From positions 257,193 through 321,192 of the forward strand of contig JAUYQQ010000002.1 in the NCBI GenBank assembly GCA_030697165.1: 64,000 bases of DNA. Reading direction: 5' to 3'. This DNA is from Acidobacteriota bacterium (lineage in GTDB: Bacteria > Acidobacteriota > Vicinamibacteria > Vicinamibacterales > UBA2999). Numbering within the stretch: position 1 is the stretch's first letter; every line of letters starts with the position of its first letter. Shown here piece by piece: positions 23,097 to 32,515 of this stretch. The notes under the pieces are model-generated. The model saw only the letters and a list, made by a program, of their open reading frames with translations. It had not been told where the DNA came from and did no database searches. Both the position numbers and the translations under genes were made by a program.

Positions 23097-25589
23097 ATGT
23101 CGCGTACCACTGATGCCACCCGCCTCACCGGGCTCGCCAGCCGTTTCGCCGCGTTTGTCGCCGAACGCCATCCCTTCGCCCTGAAGTTCGCCCTCGAGGC
23201 GTTCGACGCCTCGGGCATCGGCGACATCAAGAGTCGCGACGCCGTGAAGCTCGACGCGGCTCGGCCCCCGTTTCGGCGCGCGCTGACGAAGTCGCTGTAC
23301 GACCAGATCGCGGCACCGGAGGGCATTGCCGAGACCACCCCGGGCACCTCGGCCATCAAGCGGCTCGAGCAGGCGCGGGCTGAAGTGGTGGACGCGTGCG
23401 ACGGGTTCTTGCGGCGGGCCGCGATCGAGGCGTCGCTGACCAAGGCCGAGCGCAAGGAAATTCTCAAGGGGATGTGCCTCACGCGTAGCGTCGACAATCG
23501 CCTGAAGCAGTTCTTCATGGGCGGCGAGGTGCGCTGGGGCGACATGGCGTTCCAGGGCAAGGGCTTCCGCTCGCTGGGACAAGAGGCGATTTATGCCGGC
23601 GCCATTCGCCTGCACCGCGGCGCGAGCTACCGCAAGGCCGACGGCACCTGGGGCGGCGACGTGCTGGCGCCGGTGATTCGCGATCTCGGCATGACGCTGG
23701 CGATGCGTCACGACGAAGAGGCCGTGGCCATGGTGTTGCGTGCCCAGATGGGCAAGTCGGGACCGCCCATGGACGGCAAGGACCTGCACACCGGCGACTT
23801 CGAGTGGGGCGTGCTGCCGGCCGCGGCGCCGCTCGCCGTGGGCTCGCTGACCATGGCCGGCATGGCCATGGCCTTCGCGCTCGAGAAGAGTAATCGCATC
23901 GCGCTGTCGTTCATTGGCGAAGGCGGCTCGTCGCTGGGCGAATGGCACGAGGCCATCAACGCGTGCGCGGCGGCCAAGCTGCCGGCCGTTTTCTGCCTGC
24001 AGAACAACCAGACGGCGCTGTCGACGCCGGTGCGCGACAACTCCGCGACCCGCGTGTTCGCCGACAAGGCGGCCGGCTACGGCATTCCCGGCGTGACCAT
24101 CGACGGCACCGACCCGGACGAGGTCGCCGCCGCCTTCACCTGGGCCGCCGAGCGCGCGCGCGCCGGCGAAGGCGTCACGCTGATCGAAGTGGTGGCGATG
24201 CGGATGTGCGGCCACGCGCACCATGACGACATGCTGTACCTCGGCAAGGATCAGCCGCCGTCGTGGGAATATCACCAGCTGTTCGAGACCGGCTACGCCA
24301 ACCGCGAGTTGTACGAGTACTGGGCCAAGCGCGATCCCATTCCGATGTACGCGCGCCGCCTCGAGAGCGAAGGCGTGATCAAGGCCGGCGAGCTCGACGC
24401 GATCAAGGCCTGGGCCGACGAGCTGGTCGGCCGCCAGGCACAGCTCGTGATCGACGCGCCGTGGCCGCGCCCGGAAATGGCCGGCGTCGGGGTGCATTAC
24501 GACGAAGCGCCGCGCGAGCGCATCGAGGTGCTGGAGCCGGCGCTCCGGCTGGCGGTGCCCACCATCGCCGCGCTGCCGGCGCTCGAGCCGGGGCTGCCAT
24601 TCGACAAGAAGGGCAACACCTTTCTCGAAGCGGTGATGCTCGGCGTCGGCGATGCGCTCGCGGCCGATCCGCGCGTGTTCGTCTACGGCGAAGACGTCGG
24701 CGGGCACTACGGCAACGCGTTCCTGCTGTTGCGCCCGTTACTGAAGGACTACGGCAGCCGCATCCGCAACTCGCCGCTGGCCGAAGGCGCGGTGCTCGGC
24801 GTCTGCGTCGGCGCGGCGCTGGCCGGGCAGCGGCCGATCGGCGAGATGCAGTTCAACGACTTCGTGGCTACCGGCTTCAATCAACTGGTCAACAACGCCG
24901 CGAAGATTCGCTACCGGTGGGGCGGCAGCGTGCCCATGGTCGTGCGCATGCCGTGGGGCGGGTTGCGCCATGCCGGCCCGTACCACAGCCAGAACACCGA
25001 GCCGTGGTTCTACCGCACGCCCGGCCTCAAGATCGTCGTCCCCTCAACCCCGGAAGATGCCCGCGCCCTGATGGCGGCGGCGGTGGCGGATCCGGATCCG
25101 GTGCTGTTCTACGAGCACATCGCGCTCTACCGCGATCCGCGCGTCAAGCAGGCCTTGCCCGCCGACGCTCCCGCGCCGTGCCCGATCGGGAAGGCAGCGC
25201 TACGGAGGGCGGGCGCGGACCTGGTGATGATTTCGTACGGGGCCTACGTGCACCACTGCATGCGCGTGGCCGAGAAGCTGGCGGCGGAAGGCATTGAAGC
25301 GTCGGTGCTCGACCTGCGCAGCCTGGCGCCGCTCGATCGCGAGGCCATTCTCGCCGTGACGCGGCACTGCAACCGGGTGCTGATCGTGCACGAGGATTCG
25401 CGCACGGGAGGCATTGGCGAAAGCCTGGCGGCGATCATCCAGGAAGAGGCATTCGAAGCGCTCGATGCCCCCATCCGGATCCTCGGCGCGCTCGACACGC
25501 CCGTCCCGTATTCACCGCCGCTCGAAGAGGTGTTCCTGGTCAGCGAGCAGGAAATCCAGGCCGCCGCGAAGTTGTTGGTCAGCTATTAA
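23097..25589 (+). CDS. fused alpha+beta E1 component of a 2-oxoacid dehydrogenase (TPP-dependent), 830 aa
   Basis: Alpha part with TPP motif GEGGSSLGEWHEAIN..LQNNQTALS. Beta part FVYGEDVGGHYGNAF..NSPLAEGAVLG..EMQFNDF. No E2 or E3 gene is adjacent. Confidence 0.9.
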   Translation: MSRTTDATRLTGLASRFAAFVAERHPFALKFALEAFDASGIGDIKSRDAVKLDAARPPFRRALTKSLYDQIAAPEGIAETTPGTSAIKRLEQARAEVVDACDGFLRRAAIEASLTKAERKEILKGMCLTRSVDNRLKQFFMGGEVRWGDMAFQGKGFRSLGQEAIYAGAIRLHRGASYRKADGTWGGDVLAPVIRDLGMTLAMRHDEEAVAMVLRAQMGKSGPPMDGKDLHTGDFEWGVLPAAAPLAVGSLTMAGMAMAFALEKSNRIALSFIGEGGSSLGEWHEAINACAAAKLPAVFCLQNNQTALSTPVRDNSATRVFADKAAGYGIPGVTIDGTDPDEVAAAFTWAAERARAGEGVTLIEVVAMRMCGHAHHDDMLYLGKDQPPSWEYHQLFETGYANRELYEYWAKRDPIPMYARRLESEGVIKAGELDAIKAWADELVGRQAQLVIDAPWPRPEMAGVGVHYDEAPRERIEVLEPALRLAVPTIAALPALEPGLPFDKKGNTFLEAVMLGVGDALAADPRVFVYGEDVGGHYGNAFLLLRPLLKDYGSRIRNSPLAEGAVLGVCVGAALAGQRPIGEMQFNDFVATGFNQLVNNAAKIRYRWGGSVPMVVRMPWGGLRHAGPYHSQNTEPWFYRTPGLKIVVPSTPEDARALMAAAVADPDPVLFYEHIALYRDPRVKQALPADAPAPCPIGKAALRRAGADLVMISYGAYVHHCMRVAEKLAAEGIEASVLDLRSLAPLDREAILAVTRHCNRVLIVHEDSRTGGIGESLAAIIQEEAFEALDAPIRILGALDTPVPYSPPLEEVFLVSEQEIQAAAKLLVSY

Positions 25590-25654
25590 GGTTGTCGGTC
25601 AGCGATAATGGAGGGCGGGGGCTTCAGCCCCCGCCGTGTAGTGGAGAGGTACCC

Positions 25655-26665
25655 ATGACTCGAGCCCGCGTTTTTGCGTTCATCCTCCTGGTGGCGGCCG
25701 CCACCACCTCCGTCAGCGCCGACGTCCGCACCGACCAACGCGTCAAGTTCCAGTTGGGTGGCGCCATCGGCAAGCTGGTCAACATGTTTGGCGGCAAGGG
25801 CGCGCGCGAGGGCGTGACGTCAACCGTGGCCGTCAAGGGCGACCGCAAGGCCACCATGTCGGACTCGACCGGTCAGATCATCGACCTGGCCGAGGAGAAG
25901 ATCTACGACCTCGACCTCAAGAAGAAAACCTACAAGGTCACCACCTTCGCGGAGCTGCGCCAGCAGCTGGAAGAGGCGAAGCGCGAGGCCGAGAAGAACG
26001 CCCGCGAGCAGGCCAACGAGCCCGAGGAGCCGACCGAGAAGGATCCCAACGCGAAAGAATACGAGGTCGACTTCGAGATCAAGAACACGGCCGAGACGCG
26101 CACCATCAACGGCTTCGACACCACCAAGAGCGTGATCACCGTCACCGTTCGGGAAAAGGGCAAGACCCTCGATCAGTCGGGTGGCGTGGTGATGGTCACC
26201 GACACGTGGCTGACCCCCAACGCCCCGTCAACGAAGGAACTGACCGACTTCGATATGCGCTATGCCCAGAAACTCTATGGCCCGGCCGTCGCCGGCGCCT
26301 CCGCGCAGGACATGGCCATGGCGATGGCGATGTATCCACAGATCAAGCCGGCGTTCGACAAGATGCAGGCGGAAGGCGGCAAGCTTTCGGGGACGGCGAT
26401 CCTGACCGAAACCAAGGTCGAGTCGGTGCCGCCCGGCACCGCGAACCAGGCAGCCGCAGCGCCGCCACCGCCCGAGGAGCCCAGGAAGCGAGGCCTCGGC
26501 GGCATGCTCGGCGGTTTGAAGAAGATGACGCAGGGCGCCGAGAAGGGCAGCAGCACACCCGCGCGCGCGGTCATCATGACGACGTCGGTGGAAATGCTGA
26601 AGTTGACGACCGACGTCGATGCCGCGTCGGTCGCGTTGCCTGCGGGCTTTTCCCAGTCGAAGTAA
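25655..26665 (+). CDS. hypothetical secreted protein with Lys/Glu-rich central segment
   Basis: GGAGAGG Shine-Dalgarno; signal peptide MTRARVFAFILLVAAATTSVSA. I recognise no family. Confidence 0.6.
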   Translation: MTRARVFAFILLVAAATTSVSADVRTDQRVKFQLGGAIGKLVNMFGGKGAREGVTSTVAVKGDRKATMSDSTGQIIDLAEEKIYDLDLKKKTYKVTTFAELRQQLEEAKREAEKNAREQANEPEEPTEKDPNAKEYEVDFEIKNTAETRTINGFDTTKSVITVTVREKGKTLDQSGGVVMVTDTWLTPNAPSTKELTDFDMRYAQKLYGPAVAGASAQDMAMAMAMYPQIKPAFDKMQAEGGKLSGTAILTETKVESVPPGTANQAAAAPPPPEEPRKRGLGGMLGGLKKMTQGAEKGSSTPARAVIMTTSVEMLKLTTDVDAASVALPAGFSQSK

Positions 26666-26681
26666 GCCGCCGGCCGGCGGC

Positions 26682-27041
26682 CTACTTCTTCTTGGCGGTG
26701 AAGTCGGCCTGGCCCATGCCGAAATCGAGCATGCCGGTGATCGAGTCACCCTCGACCTCGCCGTTCACCTTGATCTCGAGCGGGCCCTGCGGACCGTCGA
26801 CACTGAACATCAGCGCCAGCGTCTTGCCCTTGAGCGTGCCCTTCACCGGGACCGTGCCCTGGGGGCTTTCGATGGTGCCGGTAACTTCCTCGCCCGCCTG
26901 CGCCAGGGTGGCGGCGGCGGTAATCGGGCCCTGCGGACCGTTGATGCTGAGGTCCCACGCGCCGGTCACCGAACCCTGCGCGCGCGGCGCGACCCCGAGA
27001 ACGACTGCGAACGCCACCGCCAACGACAGAACTCGGAACAT
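26682..27041 (-). CDS. hypothetical small secreted protein (119 aa)
   Basis: Signal peptide MFRVLSLAVAFAVVLGVAPRAQG and an internal duplication (NGPQGP.. / DGPQGP..). Confidence 0.6.
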   Translation of the reverse strand: MFRVLSLAVAFAVVLGVAPRAQGSVTGAWDLSINGPQGPITAAATLAQAGEEVTGTIESPQGTVPVKGTLKGKTLALMFSVDGPQGPLEIKVNGEVEGDSITGMLDFGMGQADFTAKKK

Positions 27042-27079
27042 GTAAGCCTCCAGGAAAGTGGTCGAACGAGCCTAGCAGA

Positions 27080-27391
27080 TCAATCGGTCAAGCGGACGGC
27101 GATTTCGCCGTCCGCCACGCGAACCTCGTGACGCGACACGCCCACCCGCGGGTCTTGCACCATGGTCCCGGTCGCAATCTCAAACGACCACCCGTGCCAC
27201 GGGCAGGTCACTACTCCCCGGGCGATCGGCCCCTCGCAGAGCGGCCCGCCGCGGTGCAGGCACATGTTGTCGAGGGCGTGGAAGGTGTCGCCCAGCCGGA
27301 ACACCGCCACGTGGCGGCCGCCGACCACCACCATCTTGCCCGCGCCCGGGGTGAAGTCGGCCACCCGGCCGACGTTCACGAACTCTGTCAT
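27080..27391 (-). CDS. Rieske [2Fe-2S] protein (NirD-like small ferredoxin subunit)
   Basis: CLHRGGPL .. CPWHGW Rieske ligand motifs; 103 aa. Confidence 0.85.
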   Translation of the reverse strand: MTEFVNVGRVADFTPGAGKMVVVGGRHVAVFRLGDTFHALDNMCLHRGGPLCEGPIARGVVTCPWHGWSFEIATGTMVQDPRVGVSRHEVRVADGEIAVRLTD

Positions 27392-27431
27392 CGCCGCGTG
27401 GCCGGGCCTGAAGGCCCGGCCCTCCTGGCAC

Positions 27432-29258
27432 TCACTTCCTGGCTGCCGGCGTGAGCGAGGTTTCGCGCTTCTCGCCGCCGCGCATGTAAACGACCTTCGC
27501 CGGCTGGCCGATCTTGAGCAACTCCAGCGCGAAGGTGTAGTCGTAGATGTTGGTGATCGACTGCCCGGCAATCTCGATCACGACGTCGCCCTTGGCCAGC
27601 CCGGCCTGCTCCGCGGGTCCGCCGCCGATCACGCCGCCCAGCAACAGGCCCTTCACGTCGGACGCGTAGTCGGGGATGGTGCCGGTGAACAACCGCATGC
27701 CCGCGCGCCCGCCGGTCTCGGTCTTCCGTTCGACCTTGGTGAACAGCGGCACTTCCGCCGAGTCCATCAGCCGCCGCACGATCCCGCCCGCCAGCTCGCC
27801 GACCCGGACCAGGTCCTCGTAGTTGATCTTGTCGGCGGTGTCGCTGGGCCGGTGGTACTCCGGGTGCGCGCCCGTGAAGAAGGTGAGGCACGCCACGCCG
27901 GCGGTGTTGAAGCTGCCAACGTCGGTCGGTTGGTAGGGATCTTCCTGCAGCACCAGGTCGAACCCGGCCGCGATGTTCGCCTGCTCGAGCAGCCGCGGCC
28001 ACATCGCGCTGGTGCCGGTGGCCTGCACCGTCAGCTTGTTGTCGGCCACGCGGCCGACCATGTCGAAGTTGAGATACGCCGCGTGGGCGTCGAGCGGCAC
28101 GGGCGGCGTGGTCACGTAGGCATTCGACCCGAGCAGGCCGAGCTCTTCGCCCGACCAGAAGGCGAGCAGCAGGTGGCGCTTGCGCGGCTGCTGGCTGAAC
28201 GCCTCGCCGATGGCGAGCACCGTCGCCGTGCCCGAGGCGTTGTCGTCGGCACCGTGGTGCACCTGGTTCACTTCGTCCTTGCTGGCGAGCGAATTGCCGG
28301 CGCCGCCGCGGCCGAGATGATCGTAGTGCGCGCCGACCGCGACCCACGGCTTGGCGACGCCGGTCACCGGCGCGGTCGCGGGCAGGTACGCGACCACGTT
28401 GTTGCCGGTCTGCTGCTCGCGAATCACGTTGGCCTTGAGCGTCACCGTGATGCCGGGAATGGCGAAGCCCGACACGTGCGGGTTGCCGCTGTCGAATTCC
28501 TTCTGCACCGCGTCGAGCGACTTGCCCGCCGCCGTCATGATCGGCGCAATGGCCTCGCCGCTGACGCTCGCGGCGGCAATGCCCGAGCCGGCAATCGCCG
28601 TGTCGAAGCTCATGGGCACGACCGCGCCGGCATTAGGCGAGCGCGGGCCGGTGACGACGATCATGCCCTTGGCGCCGCGCTGGCGCGCCGCCTGGGCCTT
28701 GTAGCGCAGGTCCGAGTAGCGCGCCAGGATCGCGCGGGTCTTCTGGTCCGCGTCTTCCGGGAAGTAACGGAGCACGACCACGATCTTGTCCTTGACCTCG
28801 AGGCCCACGTAGCTGTCGTAGCCGAAGTTCTGCGCTTCGGGCACGACCAGGCCATAGCCGGCAAACACGACGCGTCCCGACGCCTCGGCGTTGTCAGAAA
28901 ACGACAGCGCCTGCACGCTGGCCGCGCCCGTGACCGTCTGCGCCGTCCCGCCGTCGTTGGTGATGGTGAGCGTGGTGCCACCGTCCTTCGAGCCGGCGGT
29001 GAACGTGAACGGGATGCGGAAATCGGTGAGCCCGGGCAGCGGCTGGGCGCCCATGCGCTTCAGCTCGCTGATGAGGTAGTCGCCGGCCAGCTTCTCGCCG
29101 GGCGAACCGGTGAAGCGGCCCTCGAACTTCGGCGAGGCCAGCGTTTCAACATGCACCTGGGTGCGCGACTTGACGGCGGTGGCCGTCTGCGCGTGGGGCG
29201 CGGTCCCGAGAACGCCTGTGGCCCAGACCAGAACGACAACTTGAATGGCTTTTCGCAT
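27432..29258 (-). CDS. M28-family aminopeptidase with PA domain and C-terminal PDZ domain
   Basis: Signal peptide MRKAIQVVVLVWATGVLG; HYDHLG, GADDNASGTATVLAI, SGEELGLLGS; C-terminal PDZ-like GDVVIEIAGQSI. Confidence 0.85.
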   Translation of the reverse strand: MRKAIQVVVLVWATGVLGTAPHAQTATAVKSRTQVHVETLASPKFEGRFTGSPGEKLAGDYLISELKRMGAQPLPGLTDFRIPFTFTAGSKDGGTTLTITNDGGTAQTVTGAASVQALSFSDNAEASGRVVFAGYGLVVPEAQNFGYDSYVGLEVKDKIVVVLRYFPEDADQKTRAILARYSDLRYKAQAARQRGAKGMIVVTGPRSPNAGAVVPMSFDTAIAGSGIAAASVSGEAIAPIMTAAGKSLDAVQKEFDSGNPHVSGFAIPGITVTLKANVIREQQTGNNVVAYLPATAPVTGVAKPWVAVGAHYDHLGRGGAGNSLASKDEVNQVHHGADDNASGTATVLAIGEAFSQQPRKRHLLLAFWSGEELGLLGSNAYVTTPPVPLDAHAAYLNFDMVGRVADNKLTVQATGTSAMWPRLLEQANIAAGFDLVLQEDPYQPTDVGSFNTAGVACLTFFTGAHPEYHRPSDTADKINYEDLVRVGELAGGIVRRLMDSAEVPLFTKVERKTETGGRAGMRLFTGTIPDYASDVKGLLLGGVIGGGPAEQAGLAKGDVVIEIAGQSITNIYDYTFALELLKIGQPAKVVYMRGGEKRETSLTPAARK

Positions 29259-29302
29259 GATGCTTCTCCGTCCGCCGGGACTAAAGTCCCGGCCTTCTGG
29301 CA

Positions 29303-30448
29303 CTACTTCTTCGCTGGAGGTGTCCGCGGCGGCGCGGCTTTCAACGCTGCCATCGCCGCCTGGTGATTCCACTGTGCGAGATAAATCTGCCCGGCCGAGC
29401 CCGTGCCGCCGCCGCGGCTCGACGTGAACGCGATTTGTGTGCCGTCCGGCGACGGCACCGGCAGCCCGTCGAAGCCGTCGGTATAGGTAATGCGCACCGG
29501 CTCCCTGGCGCCGTCCTTGTCGACGATGAAGACCTCGAAGTTCTCGAAGCCCAGCTTGTTCGAGGCGAACATGAAGTACTCGCCTGACGGATGCTCGTAC
29601 GGCGCCCAACTCATGGCGCCGAAGTCGGTGATCTGCTTCTTGTCGCTGCCGTCCATCTTCATCGTCCAGACATTGGCCACCAGCCCGTTCTCCTCGAAAT
29701 GGCGCCACACGATGCGGCCATCCCTGGTGAAGAACGTGCCGCCGTCGTAGCCGGCCCAGTCGGTCAGCCGCTTCTGCTCCGAACCGTCGGCCTTCATGAC
29801 GTAGACCTCGGCGAAGTACGAGGCGTCGAGCTCGAGCTGCTTCTGTTCGGCGGCCGACAGTGTGCGGTTGTAGGCATCGCGCATCGACGAGAACACGATC
29901 CACTGGCCATCGGGCGAGTAGCCGCCTTCGGCGTCGTAGCCCTTGGCCGTGGTCAGTTGCTTCATGGCGCCGGTCTTCTCGTCATAGGCGAAGATGTCCA
30001 TCTCGGGGTCGTAATCCCACGCATACCGCCGCTGCTTGCCCGAGGCGCGGAAGTCGAGCTCGTCCTTCTGATACTGCAGCGACTTGGGATCGAGGTGCGT
30101 CGAGCCGAACATGATTTCGCTGCTGCCGGGCCGGAAGAACGCGCAGGTCGTCTTGCCCACGCCGGGCGAGATGCGCTTGGTCTCGCCGGTCGCGAAGTCG
30201 AGCACGAAAATCTGGTAGAACGGGTTGGCCGGGTCGCGTTCGCTCTGGAACACCAGCTTCTTGCCGTCGGGCGACCAGTAGCCCTCGCCGGCGCGCTTGC
30301 CGTCCACGGTCAGGCGGCGTACCCGGCTCAGGAACGACCGCTCTTCCGACGGCGCCTGGCTGGCTACCGGCACGGTCGACCACAGCAATACGGCCGCCGC
30401 GCACACGGATACCGTGGAAATCACTCTATTCGTCAAGGCGTTTGGCAT
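29303..30448 (-). CDS. TolB-like PD40 beta-propeller protein, secreted
   Basis: Repeated SPDG motifs (YWSPDGKKLVFQS, GYSPDGQWIVFSS, PSPDGTQIAFTSS). Confidence 0.8.
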   Translation of the reverse strand: MPNALTNRVISTVSVCAAAVLLWSTVPVASQAPSEERSFLSRVRRLTVDGKRAGEGYWSPDGKKLVFQSERDPANPFYQIFVLDFATGETKRISPGVGKTTCAFFRPGSSEIMFGSTHLDPKSLQYQKDELDFRASGKQRRYAWDYDPEMDIFAYDEKTGAMKQLTTAKGYDAEGGYSPDGQWIVFSSMRDAYNRTLSAAEQKQLELDASYFAEVYVMKADGSEQKRLTDWAGYDGGTFFTRDGRIVWRHFEENGLVANVWTMKMDGSDKKQITDFGAMSWAPYEHPSGEYFMFASNKLGFENFEVFIVDKDGAREPVRITYTDGFDGLPVPSPDGTQIAFTSSRGGGTGSAGQIYLAQWNHQAAMAALKAAPPRTPPAKK

Positions 30449-30521
30449 TTGGTCCCCACAAACCGGAGGCCTTCATTCTACTGGCCCCGGGGTGGCAGGG
30501 CGAAACCGGACTTGTCTGGCC

Positions 30522-30527
30522 TAGAAT
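30522..30527 (+). promoter_or_regulatory. -10-like TAGAAT, 6 nt upstream of the PQQ-propeller ATG (leaderless candidate)
   Basis: Direct reading. The protein starts directly with a signal peptide, which supports the start call. Confidence 0.45.
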
Positions 30528-30533
30528 CGGGCT

Positions 30534-31802
30534 ATGAAACCTCGGCTGTGGCTGGGCTTGGCGGCGTTGGCGGTGACATCGGTGGGGGCCGCGCCCGGCG
30601 ATGTGAAGATGATCGAGGTGACCGGCGAGGGCGCCAAGTACTGGTCGCGATGGCGCGGGCCGTCCGGGCAGGGCCAGGTGCCCGCCGGGCAATACACCGA
30701 CCGCTGGTCGGCCACGACCGGCGTGCAGTGGAAGGTCGCCGTACCCGGCAGCGGCAACTCGTCGCCCATCGTCTGGGGCGATCGCATCTTCCTGACCACC
30801 GCGCGCGACCAGGGCCAGCGCCTGTCGATGCTGGCGTTCGCGCGCAAGGACGGCGCGAAGCTGTGGGAAACCGACATCCCGCAGAACGGCGTCGAGTATC
30901 CGCACGCAAAAAACGGCTACGCCTCGGCGACCCCGGCGACTGACGGCCAGCTGGTCTACGCCTCGTTCGGCCGCCACGGCCTCGTCGCGTTCGACTTTGG
31001 CGGCAAGATTGTGTGGCACCGCAAGTTCGGCATCATCGACAACTACCACGGCCCGGCCGGGTCGCCGGTGCTCTACAAGGACCGGGTGTTCATTTACCAG
31101 GATGCCAACCCGGCACCGGGGCAGCGCGCGTTCGTCGGCGCCTTCGACAAGAAGACCGGCAAGACCATTTGGGAGACGCCGCGCAGCGAGACCGTCGGGT
31201 GGGGCACCGCCGTCGTGCTCAACACCGGCGAGCGCGACGAACTGGTGGTGAGCAGCCAGCGCCGCGTCGCCGCTTACGATCCGGCGTCTGGCAAGGAGCT
31301 GTGGACCGTGCGCGGCATGACCTTCGAGGTTATTCCCACCCCGGTGGTCGCTCATGGCCTGGTGATCGCCTCGTCTGGACGCGCGGGTCCGACGATCGCG
31401 ATTCGTCCCGGCGGCAGCGGCGACGTGACCGCCACCCACGTGGCGTGGAACTCGCCCAAGGGCTCACCTTTCGTGCCATCGGGTATCGTCGTGGATGATC
31501 TGCTGTATCTCATCAACGACATGCAGAGCATTCTCACGGTCTACGAAGCGGCCACGGGCACGCTCGTCTACCAGGAGCGCCTGGGCGTGGCGCAGCGCGA
31601 GGGGTTCTCGGCGTCGCCAGTGCACGTGAACGGCAAGATCTTTTTCACGAATGACGATGGGCAGACCTTCGTGGTGCAGAAGGGGCGCAAGTTCAACCTG
31701 CTGCACGTCAACGAGATGGGCGCGCGGACGCTCGCGTCGCCGGCGCTGGTCGATGGCACGTGGTACTGGCGAACGGATCAGGCGTTGATCGCGATTCGCT
31801 GA
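30534..31802 (+). CDS. PQQ-like (BamB-type) beta-propeller repeat protein, secreted
   Basis: Signal peptide and repeated propeller blades (SSPIVWGDRIFLTT, GSPVLYKDRVFIYQ, PSGIVVDDLLYLIN, ASPALVDGTWYWRT). Confidence 0.8.
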   Translation: MKPRLWLGLAALAVTSVGAAPGDVKMIEVTGEGAKYWSRWRGPSGQGQVPAGQYTDRWSATTGVQWKVAVPGSGNSSPIVWGDRIFLTTARDQGQRLSMLAFARKDGAKLWETDIPQNGVEYPHAKNGYASATPATDGQLVYASFGRHGLVAFDFGGKIVWHRKFGIIDNYHGPAGSPVLYKDRVFIYQDANPAPGQRAFVGAFDKKTGKTIWETPRSETVGWGTAVVLNTGERDELVVSSQRRVAAYDPASGKELWTVRGMTFEVIPTPVVAHGLVIASSGRAGPTIAIRPGGSGDVTATHVAWNSPKGSPFVPSGIVVDDLLYLINDMQSILTVYEAATGTLVYQERLGVAQREGFSASPVHVNGKIFFTNDDGQTFVVQKGRKFNLLHVNEMGARTLASPALVDGTWYWRTDQALIAIR

Positions 31803-31810
31803 TTGGTGGA

Positions 31811-31834
31811 GGCAACCCCTTCTCTGGGGTTGCC
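31811..31834. terminator. 9-bp GC-rich hairpin (GGCAACCCC-ttctct-GGGGTTGCC) between convergent genes
   Basis: Direct reading. No clear U-tract on either side, so its function as a terminator is uncertain. Confidence 0.45.
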
Positions 31835-31840
31835 TGTCCC

Positions 31841-32515
31841 CTATTTCATCTGCACGGTGAGGTCGGCCGGCTTGCCGGCCGCGACCGTGATCTTCTGCGG
31901 CGCGCCCTTCAGCGCCTCGTGCCAAACCCGCAACTCATAGGTGCCCGGCGGCACGTTGTCGATCGTGAACCGGCCGTCGGCGGCGGTGACGGCGGCGGCC
32001 TGGTCGGTCACGATCACCCAGCCGCGCATCCAGGGGTGGGTGTTGCAGCCCAGGCGCACGGTGCCCGCCGCGCCAATCGGCTTCGTGATGGTCAGGCCCG
32101 GGATTGGCAGCGCGACGTTGAACAGCGTCCGCCCGTTCTCCAGTTGCGCGTTCGTGGTGTGAAGCACGGGGTCGTTGCTGGTCGTCTTGAGGTTGCCGTT
32201 GGGCCGCATAATTTCCACGCGCGGTGCAAAGGCGCACTTGTCGTTGGTGACCATCGTTTCCGCGGGCGCGGACCCTTTTACACCCGTCAAGACGACGACG
32301 GCGTTGGCGAGGCGGCCTTGGGCGTCAACGACAATGGCGTGGTCGGGCAGTTCGTTGCCGCACACTTTCTGATCGATCGTCACGCGGACGGGCGCCAGCC
32401 CTTTCGCCGAGGTCGTAATCGTGCCCGTGACGCTGCCGGTTTGTGCCCACGCCGGCGCCGCTAGCGTGCCGCACGAAATGGCTCCAAGTATTCCCAGAGT
32501 AAGTAACCGACCCAT
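31841..32515 (-). CDS. amicyanin-type cupredoxin-like domain fused to a CarboxypepD_reg-like domain, secreted
   Basis: Signal peptide; His (VLHTTN) plus CNTHPWM (C-x2-H-P-x-M, the amicyanin loop spacing); C-terminal GRFTIDNVPPGTYELRVWHE. Confidence 0.7.
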   Translation of the reverse strand: MGRLLTLGILGAISCGTLAAPAWAQTGSVTGTITTSAKGLAPVRVTIDQKVCGNELPDHAIVVDAQGRLANAVVVLTGVKGSAPAETMVTNDKCAFAPRVEIMRPNGNLKTTSNDPVLHTTNAQLENGRTLFNVALPIPGLTITKPIGAAGTVRLGCNTHPWMRGWVIVTDQAAAVTAADGRFTIDNVPPGTYELRVWHEALKGAPQKITVAAGKPADLTVQMK

